The translations under genes and the position numbers were made by a program. A stretch of DNA of 64,000 nucleotides from an uncultured Acidobacteriota bacterium (lineage in GTDB: Bacteria; Acidobacteriota; Vicinamibacteria; Vicinamibacterales; JAKQTR01). The stretch's first letter is position 1, and the number at the start of each line of letters is the position of its first letter. Below the pieces are notes generated by a model. It was given only the letters and a program-made list of their open reading frames with translations, was not told the DNA's origin and searched no databases. Positions 36,989 through 47,000 of this stretch are shown piece by piece. The stretch covers positions 80,570 through 144,569 of the forward strand of contig CAWEJS010000001.1 of assembly GCA_963809475.1 (NCBI GenBank). Reading direction: 5' to 3'.

Positions 36989-37645
36989 ATGCCGCAGGGC
37001 CCTGCCCCTGACGATGCGAGCTTCCGGCACCTGAAGTACCTGATCTTCAGCGACCTGTATCGCTACGATCGAAGGACGGGATCACGGGTGTTCCGCGAGC
37101 ACTTGTTCCACGGTGTTGGGAGCAAGTACATGATTTGGCTGCGGATCGCGAAGTACCTGTCCCGCAAAGGACCGATGTATGCGCTGCCCTTCCTGATTGC
37201 CAAGTTCATGATCAAGAGGCTCGGCGTGAAGTACGGCATTTCGATCCCGTGGTGGATTGAGATCGGGCCGGGATTCTACGTTGGACACCATGGGGGAATC
37301 TGGGTCAGCCCCCTCGCTGTCATTGGCAGGGACTGCAACATCAGCCAAGAAGTGACGATCGGGGTTGGCAATCGCGGCAAGGTCGGAGTCCCGACCATCG
37401 GGGACAGCGTGTACCTTGGACCCGGCGCGAAGCTGTTCGGCCGGATCAAGGTGGGGAACAACGTGGCCATCAGCGCGAACGCCGTCGTGAGCAGGAACGT
37501 CAAACCCAACTCGGTCGTCATGGCTGCGCCTGCCGAGATTGTGGCAACGGACGATCCTTCGTTCCCGATCTACGGCTCTCGGGGCTATGTCGACAACACA
37601 GACTACGACGCGATACTCCAGGAAGAGCTTCGCCAGAAGATGTAG
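36989..37645 (+). CDS. Serine O-acetyltransferase-like hexapeptide acetyltransferase (EPS type)
   Basis: IGPGFYVGHHGGI, PTIGDSVYLGPGAKLFG, ANAVV; more AT-rich than its neighbours. Confidence 0.85.
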   Translation: MPQGPAPDDASFRHLKYLIFSDLYRYDRRTGSRVFREHLFHGVGSKYMIWLRIAKYLSRKGPMYALPFLIAKFMIKRLGVKYGISIPWWIEIGPGFYVGHHGGIWVSPLAVIGRDCNISQEVTIGVGNRGKVGVPTIGDSVYLGPGAKLFGRIKVGNNVAISANAVVSRNVKPNSVVMAAPAEIVATDDPSFPIYGSRGYVDNTDYDAILQEELRQKM

Positions 37646-37654
37646 CGGCCGCCG

Positions 37655-39331
37655 TCAGTATCCCTTCGCCGCCCCGGCGCCGCGGGGATCGGCGCCGCCG
37701 CGGTAGGTCATCGGGTTGCCGTCCGAGTCGTATGCGATCGTCAGTCCGTGTGCGTTGCCGAGCGCGCGGACCACGCGGACGTTGTGACCCATGGCCGCCA
37801 GGGCCGCGCGCACGTCCGCGGGGATCCCTTCCTCAACGGCGAGCACGTCCGGTTCGACGAAGCTGACGCGCGGCGCCGCGATCGCCTCGTCTATCGGCAT
37901 CCCGAAGTCAATGAGGTTCATCACGATCTGCGGCACAGTCTGGCCGATGGTGTGCCCGCCAGGGGTGCCCACGGCGGCCCACAGCCGGTTGTTGCGCAGG
38001 ATGATCGTGGGGCAGTCGCCGGACAGCTTCCGGCGCCCCGGGAACGCGTCCATCGGGTTGCCCTTCGGCTCGAACGTGCTGTACGCGAGCGAGTCGTTCA
38101 GCCAGATGCCGGTGCCCTCGGGCATGACGCGGCTGCCGAACGCGTTGCCGAGCGTCTGTGTGGCCGACACCACGTTGCCCCACTTGTCGGCCACGACGAA
38201 GTGGGTGGTGTGGCTGTCCTTCCCGCCGGACCATTCCGGCGGCTCGAATGGCTTCGCGCGCTTCGGGTCGATGCGCTCGATCTCCTTGTGCCAGTACGGT
38301 TCGGAGAGCAGTTCGCCGAGCGGCGGCCGGGCCACGTCGGGATCGCCGGCATAGCGGAGGCGCAGCCAGTAACCGTGCTTCGTGACCTCGGCGAACCGGT
38401 GCAGGTACGCCACGGTGTTGTGGCCGAGCACCCGGGAGTTGCTGCGGCTCATCATGCCGAGGCGGACGAGCGAATCGAACGCGTTCGCCGGCGGCGCCGC
38501 CGTGAAGACTGCGTAGCCGCGGTACTCGATGGAGATCGGGTCAATCCACTCGGCGCGGTCCTTCTTCAGATCTGCCAGGGACAGGAACCCGCCGGCCTGG
38601 CGCATGGCGCGGTCCACCGCCGCGCCGATCTCCCCCTCGTAGAACGCCGCCGGTCCGCGCTGCACCACGGTGCGGAACGACCGCGCGAGATCCTGCTGCA
38701 CGAGCCGTTCGCCTGTCGTGAGCGGCTTGCCGCCCCTTCCGTAGATGCGCCTGGCGTGGTCGGGAAAGGCGCCGTAGGCCGACGTGATGACGCCGGCGCC
38801 CGCCGCGTCCAGGACGAACCCCTCTTCCGCCAGCTTGATGGCCGGCTCGAACACCCGCGACCATGTCAGTCGGCCGTACTTCTTCCCCAGCGCCTCCCAG
38901 GCGTGCAGGTTGCCGGGCGTCGACACCGCCTTGGCGCCGGAGCGGTTCTGCAGGTAGTCCGGCGTGGGCGGGCGGAAGACGTCCGCGTCGACCAGGGTGG
39001 GGATGCGCCCGGCAGCGTTGAGGTAGCGCACCTGCTCCTGCTTCGCGTCCCAGATGAGGATCGTGCCGTAGCCGCCCATCCCGGACATGGCCGGCTCCAC
39101 CACATTCAGGGCCGCGGCGATGGCGACGGCGGCATCGAAGGCGTTTCCGCCGTTCTTGAGGATCTCGAGGCCCGCGTCGGTGGCAAGGGGATGGGCCGTG
39201 CTGACCATGCCGGACATGCGGCCGCCCTGGCGCGCGGGCGACGCCCCGAGCGGTGGGAGCTGCACCTGCGACGACAAGATCACCGGCAGGGCGATGGCGG
39301 CGGCGAGAACGGGAATAAGTAACGGGCGCAC
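37655..39331 (-). CDS. ggt: Gamma-glutamyltransferase
   Basis: GGNAFDAAVA, EPAMSGMGG, HTTHFVVAD (nucleophile Thr), GTPGG, GGADPR; GTG start after GGAG. Confidence 0.93.
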   Translation of the reverse strand: MRPLLIPVLAAAIALPVILSSQVQLPPLGASPARQGGRMSGMVSTAHPLATDAGLEILKNGGNAFDAAVAIAAALNVVEPAMSGMGGYGTILIWDAKQEQVRYLNAAGRIPTLVDADVFRPPTPDYLQNRSGAKAVSTPGNLHAWEALGKKYGRLTWSRVFEPAIKLAEEGFVLDAAGAGVITSAYGAFPDHARRIYGRGGKPLTTGERLVQQDLARSFRTVVQRGPAAFYEGEIGAAVDRAMRQAGGFLSLADLKKDRAEWIDPISIEYRGYAVFTAAPPANAFDSLVRLGMMSRSNSRVLGHNTVAYLHRFAEVTKHGYWLRLRYAGDPDVARPPLGELLSEPYWHKEIERIDPKRAKPFEPPEWSGGKDSHTTHFVVADKWGNVVSATQTLGNAFGSRVMPEGTGIWLNDSLAYSTFEPKGNPMDAFPGRRKLSGDCPTIILRNNRLWAAVGTPGGHTIGQTVPQIVMNLIDFGMPIDEAIAAPRVSFVEPDVLAVEEGIPADVRAALAAMGHNVRVVRALGNAHGLTIAYDSDGNPMTYRGGADPRGAGAAKGY

Positions 39332-39377
39332 GAGGATCTCCATTGCCGGCGTGAATTGCTCTTCAGGCGCGTCCACA

Positions 39378-40394
39378 CTACCCGCGCCGCGGGCGAGTAT
39401 CCAACCGCTTCGCCGCCTGAATCACGTACCGCTGGGCACGAAGCCATGCGGAGCCAGACGGAATCGGGGCCGGGTCAGCACGGGCCACGACCACGCCCGC
39501 CTTGAGCCGATCCCCGAGCCATCTTACCGTCCTGACGTTGAATCGGCCCCGCTCCTGATTCAAGAAGTCCAACACCTTCCGAAGGCGCCTGATGTTGATT
39601 CGGTTCGGCCGTCCGCTCGGGATGCGCTCATCGTCCACGACGAAGAACTCGGTACCGTGTGTGATGATGGTGGCGCACGCAGCGCCCGCCGCCTCCAGAC
39701 GCTCGAGTGCATTCCGCATTTCGGCAAACGAGACAGCCGTGAGCTGCAGGGGGCGATAGCCGGCGCCCTGGCGGACGCAGCTGATCGGCAGCTCCCAGAT
39801 GCCGGGCGCGGCCTCGTAAAGATCGATCCTGGGCCGATCAGGGCGAATCAGACAGCCGCGATGGAGATACGCGAGGTTGAGACTGCTGCTCAGAATCAGG
39901 CCCACCCGGGAGAGCGCTTCCCACGTCGAGTTCGCGGCGCCAAAACTCCCGGCGCGAAATGCGCACAGTCGATCTCGAGGCACGCCCGCCTTCGTCAGAA
40001 GACCCACGCCGTCCTCGAGCAACCGCACCTGATCGTCCAGCGGATACGCGCCGATATTGTCCTCGAGGCACTGGCCGCCGATCAGCCGCCACGCTGGCCG
40101 GCGAAAGCGTGGATGCAGGTGCAGCTGAATGTCCTGACCAGAGTCCTGAAGCTGGGAGACGACTGTTGTCAGTCCTTCAATACCGAAATGCTCACTGCAC
40201 AGCGGTTCGAGGAAGAACGTCGCCTTCAGGTTCGCACGGGTGAGTTCCCGGACCAGCAAATCGGTCCCAAGGCCGTCGGCCTGGTTGGCGAACCGGCCCC
40301 GCATCATGATGTCGTAGCCGACAGGCGCACGAACACCGAAGGGCAGCCGCCGCTCCACCGCGCATTCGATATCGACCGTGAGGAAGACGTTCAT
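39378..40394 (-). CDS. Polysaccharide deacetylase family protein
   Basis: FLTVDIE, ATFF.EP, DIQLHLHP, AFRAGSF, WELPIS. Confidence 0.8.
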   Translation of the reverse strand: MNVFLTVDIECAVERRLPFGVRAPVGYDIMMRGRFANQADGLGTDLLVRELTRANLKATFFLEPLCSEHFGIEGLTTVVSQLQDSGQDIQLHLHPRFRRPAWRLIGGQCLEDNIGAYPLDDQVRLLEDGVGLLTKAGVPRDRLCAFRAGSFGAANSTWEALSRVGLILSSSLNLAYLHRGCLIRPDRPRIDLYEAAPGIWELPISCVRQGAGYRPLQLTAVSFAEMRNALERLEAAGAACATIITHGTEFFVVDDERIPSGRPNRINIRRLRKVLDFLNQERGRFNVRTVRWLGDRLKAGVVVARADPAPIPSGSAWLRAQRYVIQAAKRLDTRPRRG

Positions 40395-40782
40395 CTGAAC
40401 CTGGTCGGGCCGACCCCTACCTTTCGTCTGGCTTCGGTGTCTTCGCGGTACTCGGCGGAAGCGCCGGCGGCTCCTTCGTGCAGCCGCCCACAAACGAGAC
40501 GACGGCGAGGGCGAGGGGGATTAGTACGGCAACTGGTCTGCGCAAGGGTGAACTCCGCCGGGGGCCGGTGGACTGGCTAAGGATAGCACTGAGCTGCACG
40601 AGTGTGATGACTCCTGGCTGCACAGGATCACGCGTAGAGAGTACCCTAATCCGTCGGATACTCCCGCCCGCAATTCCAGATCGGTCTGGCTTGGACAGCC
40701 AGGGAGCGCTACGCGGAAGGCCCGGCCCAGCCGACATGCGTGGTAACATCACACGACCTGCTGTCGCGGCGGAGAGCGCAGT

Positions 40783-41514
40783 ATGCCAGGATACTACCGC
40801 AGGATCCTTCGTTCTGAGCGCCCCTTGGTCCGCTGGGCCAAGCGCCTCTATCGACGCGGACAGGCGCTGACCCTGCCCGCACCGCGAGTGCTCACTCTGC
40901 CGCTCCTCTGGTTCTTCTTGGCAGTACGCTCCGTATACTACGCCTTGGTTCGCTTGTTGGTATGCGAACCGATCTTCAAAGCGTACTGCAAACAGCACGG
41001 GCGTTCGGTGAGGACCGGAACATATATTCACTGGATTACCGGATCAGGAGACCTCATCGTCGGAGATGATGTTCGGGTAGATGGCAAGTGCTCTATCACG
41101 TTCGCCTCTCGGTTCAGTCCGCATCCGACACTGAAGATCGGTTCCAGGACCGGAATCGGGCATGGGTGTGTCTTCACGGTCGGGAAATCGATCAGTATTG
41201 GCGACGATTGCCGTGTGGCGGGTTTTGTCTGGATCTTCGATTCGGGCGGCCACCCGGCCGATCCTGCGAGCCGTCTCGCGGGTCGCCCGCCCCGCGATGC
41301 TGATGTGCTCCCAGTGGTTGTGTGCAACAACGTCTGGATCGGAAGCCGCGCCATTGTCCACCCCGGGGTGACGATCGGAGAGGGCAGCGTGGTGTCCGCC
41401 GGAGCGGTCGTCATGTCCGACGTTCCGCCCTTCAGTGTGGTGGCCGGCAACCCCGCCCGAAGAATCGCGAGTCTTGAGCCCGACAGCCGGCCGGACTCGT
41501 CTACCGCACCGTAG
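40783..41514 (+). CDS. Hexapeptide-repeat acyltransferase (maltose O-acetyltransferase-like)
   Basis: DSGGHP, NVWIGSRAIVHPGVTIGEGSVVSAGAVV, VAGNPAR. Confidence 0.88.
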   Translation: MPGYYRRILRSERPLVRWAKRLYRRGQALTLPAPRVLTLPLLWFFLAVRSVYYALVRLLVCEPIFKAYCKQHGRSVRTGTYIHWITGSGDLIVGDDVRVDGKCSITFASRFSPHPTLKIGSRTGIGHGCVFTVGKSISIGDDCRVAGFVWIFDSGGHPADPASRLAGRPPRDADVLPVVVCNNVWIGSRAIVHPGVTIGEGSVVSAGAVVMSDVPPFSVVAGNPARRIASLEPDSRPDSSTAP

Positions 41515-41566
41515 ACTGTAGACGGACGGTGCGGCGTCCAGAGAGATCGGAGCGAGGTCGAATCAG

Positions 41567-41806
41567 ATGGATGTGAAGCAAATGCAGGAGGTCGTTGACA
41601 TCGTGTGCAACATCGGCGGCCTCGCGGGGCTTGTGCCGGACGAGGATTTCTACGCCGCCGGGTTCTCGTCGATTCGCGCGCTTCAGTTGCTCATGGAGCT
41701 CGAGACACGGTTCGACGTCAATATCCCCGACGACGAGTTCATTAAGGCGAGGACGGCGTCCGAACTTGCCAGGATGCTGGATCGTGTCCGGGAGGCCGGA
41801 AGATGA
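41567..41806 (+). CDS. Carrier protein (aa:CP ligase-associated type)
   Basis: 79 aa; DFYAAGFSSIRALQLLMELETRFDVNIPD, a GxSS variant of the phosphopantetheine motif. Confidence 0.88.
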   Translation: MDVKQMQEVVDIVCNIGGLAGLVPDEDFYAAGFSSIRALQLLMELETRFDVNIPDDEFIKARTASELARMLDRVREAGR

Positions 41807-42987
41807 CCGAACTGAAGATCGCGTTGCGGACGCAGGCTGGCGAGATGGCCCAGGAGGAGATCCGCAAACAAGTGCCCTTCCTTTCCCCCTGCATCCGGAG
41901 CGTCTCCTTTCTCGACTCCGGAAGCACGATTGTGTGCGGCCTCTCGACAGAGCCGGGTCGGAACCTGGAGGCGGAGATCCTCGATCTCGCGTCGCGTGTC
42001 CAGCGAGGCCTCAGGAGCCTTCAGCGGCGGGTGCTTTACCAAAGTGCATCGATCGCGTCCGCCGCGTTCCCGCCGCTTGGAGACCTCCCGGGCGTGCGAT
42101 ACCTCGGCCAGGGACAGGTTGCGCTGTACGGACCCGCGCTCGGGCTCTTCCGGTACTTCGACCGGCGTTTCCGCGAGTTTGGCGAGTTCTGGACGACGCA
42201 GGACATTCTTACGCCGACGCTCATACCGGCCGAAGTGCTCGGGCGTTGCGACTATTTTCGCTCGTTTCCTCACAACGTGACTTTTGCCTGCCATCTCGAA
42301 GGCGAAGCCGAGGTGATTGAAGGGTTCCGGAAGCGGCACGCGACGGCCAACGCGCTTGATGAGAAGTCGATCCACGACATGTCGACGCCGGAAGCCTGCC
42401 TCTCACCGGCGGTCTGCTACCACATCTACCATTTGTACGAGGGACAGACGCTCACCGAGCCGCTGCATGTTCATGGCATCTGCGGGAAGTGTTTCCGGTA
42501 CGAATCGGCCAATATCAGCGACCTGCGTCGCTTGTGGGACTTCACGATGAGAGAGATCGTGTTCCTGGGGTCCCGGGAGACCGTTCTCCCGCAGCGCGAC
42601 ACTGCGATCGAGAGGTTCTCGCGCTTCCTTGAGGAGCATCGCCTGGAGGGAGAGATCAGGACAGCCAGCGATCCCTTCTTCGTGGCGCCGGACGCGGTAG
42701 CCAAGACGTACTTCCAGTTGAGCTCCGAGACGAAGTACGAGGTTTCCCTGCTCGTGCCTGACGGCGAGCGACTGGCAGTAGGGTCCTTCAACTATCACAC
42801 CGACTTCTTTGGCAGGGCGTTCAACGTCTCCGCCCAGGACCAGGGTCCGATGCACAGCGTGTGCGTGGCGTTCGGGTTGGAGCGCTGGGTCTATGCCTTT
42901 GTTTCGCAGCACGGACTGCGGATCCATCAATGGCCGGACTCGATTCGAAACGCACCCGAACTGGCCGGGCTCACATGGCAGACGTAG
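41803..42987 (+). CDS. Amino acid:[carrier protein] ligase (atypical SerRS-like class II aaRS homologue)
   Basis: YFRSFP, SPAVCYH, CFRYE, RLWDFTMREIV, ASDPFF, KYE, SFNYH, HSVCVAFGLERW; ATGA overlap with the carrier protein gene. Confidence 0.88.
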   Translation: MTELKIALRTQAGEMAQEEIRKQVPFLSPCIRSVSFLDSGSTIVCGLSTEPGRNLEAEILDLASRVQRGLRSLQRRVLYQSASIASAAFPPLGDLPGVRYLGQGQVALYGPALGLFRYFDRRFREFGEFWTTQDILTPTLIPAEVLGRCDYFRSFPHNVTFACHLEGEAEVIEGFRKRHATANALDEKSIHDMSTPEACLSPAVCYHIYHLYEGQTLTEPLHVHGICGKCFRYESANISDLRRLWDFTMREIVFLGSRETVLPQRDTAIERFSRFLEEHRLEGEIRTASDPFFVAPDAVAKTYFQLSSETKYEVSLLVPDGERLAVGSFNYHTDFFGRAFNVSAQDQGPMHSVCVAFGLERWVYAFVSQHGLRIHQWPDSIRNAPELAGLTWQT

Positions 42988-43931
42988 AGATTGCCGCTAT
43001 TGATCCGCTGTCGGCTGTGGATTCCGCTGCCGCCGTCCTTCACGAGGCATGGCCTCGACCGTGCTTTCACTACACCCCGGCTTACCTGGCCTGGCAGTTC
43101 CAGTACCCGAGTCCACTTCGGTCCTGTGCCTTTGGTGCGTTCGACGGGTTTCGGTTGGTCGGTTTCGTCGGTGCCTGCGCCAGGCGGGTCCAGACGAGAG
43201 GCATCGCACAGGACATCTATGCCTATTCATTCGCGGGTGTCTTGCCGTCGTTCCAAGGAAGAGGAATTGCCTCCCGTCTCTACGAGGCGCTGTTCCGCGT
43301 CATCGAGCCAACGGGCGCGGACATCGTGGCATTCGCCGAAACCGGCTCCCGGGCTGAGTACGTGTTCGTGAAGATCGCGCAGCGGCTACGGAGTGTCGTG
43401 CGCGCGCATTCACCTCTGCGGGGATACGCGACTGTCGTGGATCCTGTCGATCTGGCGACCGTAGGCACGGTCGGGACGTACTCGGACTTGGAGAGACTCG
43501 TGCTGGAATCGACACAGCAAGGTGTCGGATGGAACAGCCCATCGCGCGCCCAACTGGACCACCACGCGAACGATCCCCGGGGAGCGGAGTGGTTGACCAC
43601 CGAAGATGATGGCGGCATGGCTGGCGCCATCGCGACTCTATTTGAGGTCGCCAACCTGACAGATATTGAGCGGGTTCCCGTGCTCGACAGTGTCTTTCTG
43701 CCGTCGGGCAGGGCAAAGCACCTCAGGAACCTCGCCATTTCAGCCGGTTCCAGGTGGTCACGCAGGTCGTCCACGGTTGTGATGCTGCCGAATCCCGGGA
43801 CGATAGCCCCTTCCGTGTTGCGGGAGGCCGGCTTTCGCGGAACCAAGGCCTCTTTCACGCCGTACGTCATCGGAAACGACCCGAGTTCGCCTCTGATGAG
43901 CGCGGACGCGACGAACCTGGAGATTGTCTGA
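42975..43931 (+). CDS. GNAT family N-acyltransferase
   Basis: YLAWQF, GVLPSFQGRGIASRLY (motif A); overlaps the ligase 3' end. Confidence 0.8.
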   Translation: MADVEIAAIDPLSAVDSAAAVLHEAWPRPCFHYTPAYLAWQFQYPSPLRSCAFGAFDGFRLVGFVGACARRVQTRGIAQDIYAYSFAGVLPSFQGRGIASRLYEALFRVIEPTGADIVAFAETGSRAEYVFVKIAQRLRSVVRAHSPLRGYATVVDPVDLATVGTVGTYSDLERLVLESTQQGVGWNSPSRAQLDHHANDPRGAEWLTTEDDGGMAGAIATLFEVANLTDIERVPVLDSVFLPSGRAKHLRNLAISAGSRWSRRSSTVVMLPNPGTIAPSVLREAGFRGTKASFTPYVIGNDPSSPLMSADATNLEIV

Positions 43932-43977
43932 GCGTCTGCCCCGAAAAGAAGTTGGGTGATATCAGGAAGAAGTTGAA

Positions 43978-44005
43978 GCCCGGGGGGTAGAGTCACCCCC
44001 CGGGC
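43978..44005. terminator. GC-rich hairpin between convergent genes
   Basis: GCCCGGGGGGT / ACCCCCCGGGC 11-bp stem with 6-nt loop; TTCAACTTCTT follows on the minus strand. Confidence 0.65.
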
Positions 44006-44032
44006 CGAGCGAGCGAGGCGGCGGGCAGTCGG

Positions 44033-47000
44033 CTACTGTGTTGCACCCGCAGTCGCGACGAAGACCGCGCCGCAGGTGCGCGGCCCATCGAGCGCGAGGA
44101 AGAACCCCGGCGATGTGGCGGCGGAGCAGTGGCCCGTCCACCCCGAGAAGACGTACCCCTTGTCTGGCGTCGCCTCGATCCCGAGCCGGATGGGCCCAGG
44201 CATGGTCACCGAGCAGCTATTGCCCTTGCCGCAGTTGACGCCGGCGCTCCTGATCGTTCCGCCCGAAGGGCGGGTCACGGTCAGCGTATAGGGTGCCCCC
44301 ATCGGCAGGGAGCCGCCGCTGGGCGTGGTTGCTGGCGGTGTAGTGGTCGAGCCGGAAGACCCGCCGCCGCCCGTCGCCACAAACGTCGCCGCGCAGGTGC
44401 GAGGGCCTTCGAGCGCCAGCCAGTAGTTGGCGCTCGTTCCCGAGCAGTGGCCCGACCAACCCGTGAACGTGTATCCCGCATCGGGTGTCGCTTGCATCCC
44501 GAGCGTCATCGGCGCCGGCATCTGCACCTCGCAGGCCCCCGTGTTCGTGCCGCAGTTGACGCCCGCGCTCCTGACCGTCCCCCCCGTCCCGCGGGTGATG
44601 GTGAGCCTGTAGGGCGCTCCGAAGGTGAGCGTCCCCGATGGCGGCGTCGACGAACCACCGGACGAACCGCCTGGTGTCGGTGTCGGCGTGCCCGCCGTCG
44701 CGGTGAACGTCGCGCCGCACACCTTGGCACCGTTGAGCCGAAGCATGTAGCTGGCGCTCGTCCCCGAGCAGTCACCGGACCAGCCCGAGAAGGTGTAGCC
44801 GCTGTCGGCCACAGCCTGGATTCCGAGAGACATGCTCGATGGCATCGTCACCTGGCACAGCGCAGAGGACGTGCCGCAGTTGATGCCGGCGCCTTGGACG
44901 ACGCCGCCGGTCGGCCGCGTCACGGTCAACTGATAGACGACCGCCGCGTTCACCGTAAGGCTCCTCGTGGCCGAGGCGCTGTTGTACAGCGACGTGTTCG
45001 TCGGCGTGAAGGTTACCGTAAGCGTCTGGGTCCCGGCAGCAAGGACAGTGCCCGCCGCCGGCGAGTAGACGAACGTTCCGGCCACGCTGGCTGTCGCGTT
45101 CAACTGGGCGCTGCCGAGGGCCGTGCCGGCGTTGATCGCCGCCGGTGTCGCCCACGTGATCGATGGCGTCGTGCGGGTCACGGGGTTCACCGTCAGGGTC
45201 GTGCTCGCCGAGGCGCTGGTGTACAGCGAGGTGTTCGTCGGCGTGAAGGTCACCGTGAGCGTCCGGGTTCCGGCAGCAAGGACAGTGCCCGCCGCCGGCG
45301 AGTAGACGAACGTTCCGGCTACGCTGGCTGTCGCATTCAACTGGGCGCTGCCGAGGGCGGTGCCGGCGGTGATCGCCGCGGGCGTCGCCCAGGTGATCGT
45401 TGGCGTCGTGCGGGTCACGGGGTTCACGGTCAGGGTCGTGCTCGCCGAGGCGCTGGTGTACAGCGAGGTGTTCGTCGGCGTGAAGGTCACCGTGAGCGTC
45501 CGGGTTCCGGCAGCAAGGACAGTGCCCGCCGCCGGCGAGTAGACGAACGTTCCGGCCACGCTGGCTGTCGCGTTCAACTGGGCGCTGCCGAGGGCGGTGC
45601 CGGCGGTGATCGCCGCGGGCGTCGCCCAGGTGATCGTTGGCGTGGTTGGCGTTGGCGATACCGCCGGGCGCCACCCCAGTTGGACCACCTCGAAATCGCT
45701 GCCCTTCAACTGGCCGAACGCCGGGTTGAGCTCGTCGTTGTTCCAGCGCCCGTCCATCGTGCCGCTGATGAAGAGGTCGCTGCCGTTGTCGGCCAGGATC
45801 AGCCCGTACGTTTTCATCGCCTGGAAAATCCGCCGCAGCGGGGGCGCGAATCCAGACAGGTCGACCGACGCCTTGAGGCGGAGGCGCGTGCCCATCGGGG
45901 GCGCTCCAGAGGTGTTGCCGGCACGATGGGACGCCGGCCACACGTAGCCGTTCGTTGCACGGCTCGTGAACCTGATGGCGTGCCGGATCTCTCCCGTCCC
46001 GTAGGCCTCGTCATAGCGAACGAGGCCCGGCAGTACCGCCAGACCGGCGGCGTCCACGGACGTCCAGCTTTCCGGCCGTCGCGCGTTGCTGGACAGGTCG
46101 AAGATCGCCCCTGCTCCGGCTTCCCAGCGGTTGGCCGCCGCATTCCACACGGTCCCGCCGAGCTCGTAGAGCAGCCCCCGGTCCCGATCGACAATCGACA
46201 TGTGCCGGTCACCATCGGTGCCGCCGCCCGCAACGCCCCCCTCGATGTAGTTGGGCGATGTGCGCGCTTCGTCCGGCACCGGATAACCGGGAAGATCGCC
46301 CGGGGCGCCCGCATCGCTCTCGTCGCCATACAGATAGAACGTGACGGGGACGCGGGGCTGGCTCGCGCCCACAGTCACGTAGGGGATGCCGTACGGCGGC
46401 GGGCCGAAGTCGGGATGAAGCCCGCGGGTCGTCCCGAGAAACGTAATGAACGATGAAGACTGCGGGTCCACTGGCGCGTGCGAGACGTCCACGTTCCACC
46501 AATTGTCGGCGGGGAACAACTGGCGGCCCTGGAGATCTTCCAGCAGGCGCACGGGCCCGGCGTCCGCGGTGACGACGAGTCCCACTGAGGCTGTCGCAGC
46601 GGGCAACGGGCTTGCCGCCGGAACCATCGGTCCCTGAACCGGTGCCGAGTCCGCGCTCGCGGAACCGGCCGAGCCCGCCGGTGTGAAGACCGCCGTGAGC
46701 GTCTGAAAACCGGCTGGAAGCACCGTGCCGGCCGGGGGCGAGTAGACGAAGGTCCCCGGCACGTTGGCGGTGGCACAGAGCTGCGCCGGCCCTAGCGGGG
46801 TGCCTTGAACGATTGGCGCCGGCGTCGGCCAGGTGATGGTGGGCGACACCCCCGGCGTGACCGGCGGATTCGACCCGCCAGTTCCGCCGCCTGCCGCCGG
46901 CGTCCCGAGGGCGACGACTTCCGAGAGGCCGCTCTCACCCTTCTGGGAATCGACCGTGGTCAATGCAAAAGCGTACGAGCCGGCCGGGTCGAGGCCGGTC

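Noticed and set aside
40535-40600. c-di-GMP-I riboswitch in the divergent gap
   Set aside because: Only a faint 3' resemblance (CTAAGGATAGC); the GAAA tetraloop and GCAAA core are absent. An Infernal/Rfam scan would settle it
41803-42987. Housekeeping seryl-tRNA synthetase
   Set aside because: No canonical bacterial SerRS coiled-coil arm or TxE motif; motifs and coupling to a carrier protein fit an aa:CP ligase
44947-45643. CRISPR array
   Set aside because: Repeats are 237 bp, in frame and contiguous, with no unique spacers and no cas genes
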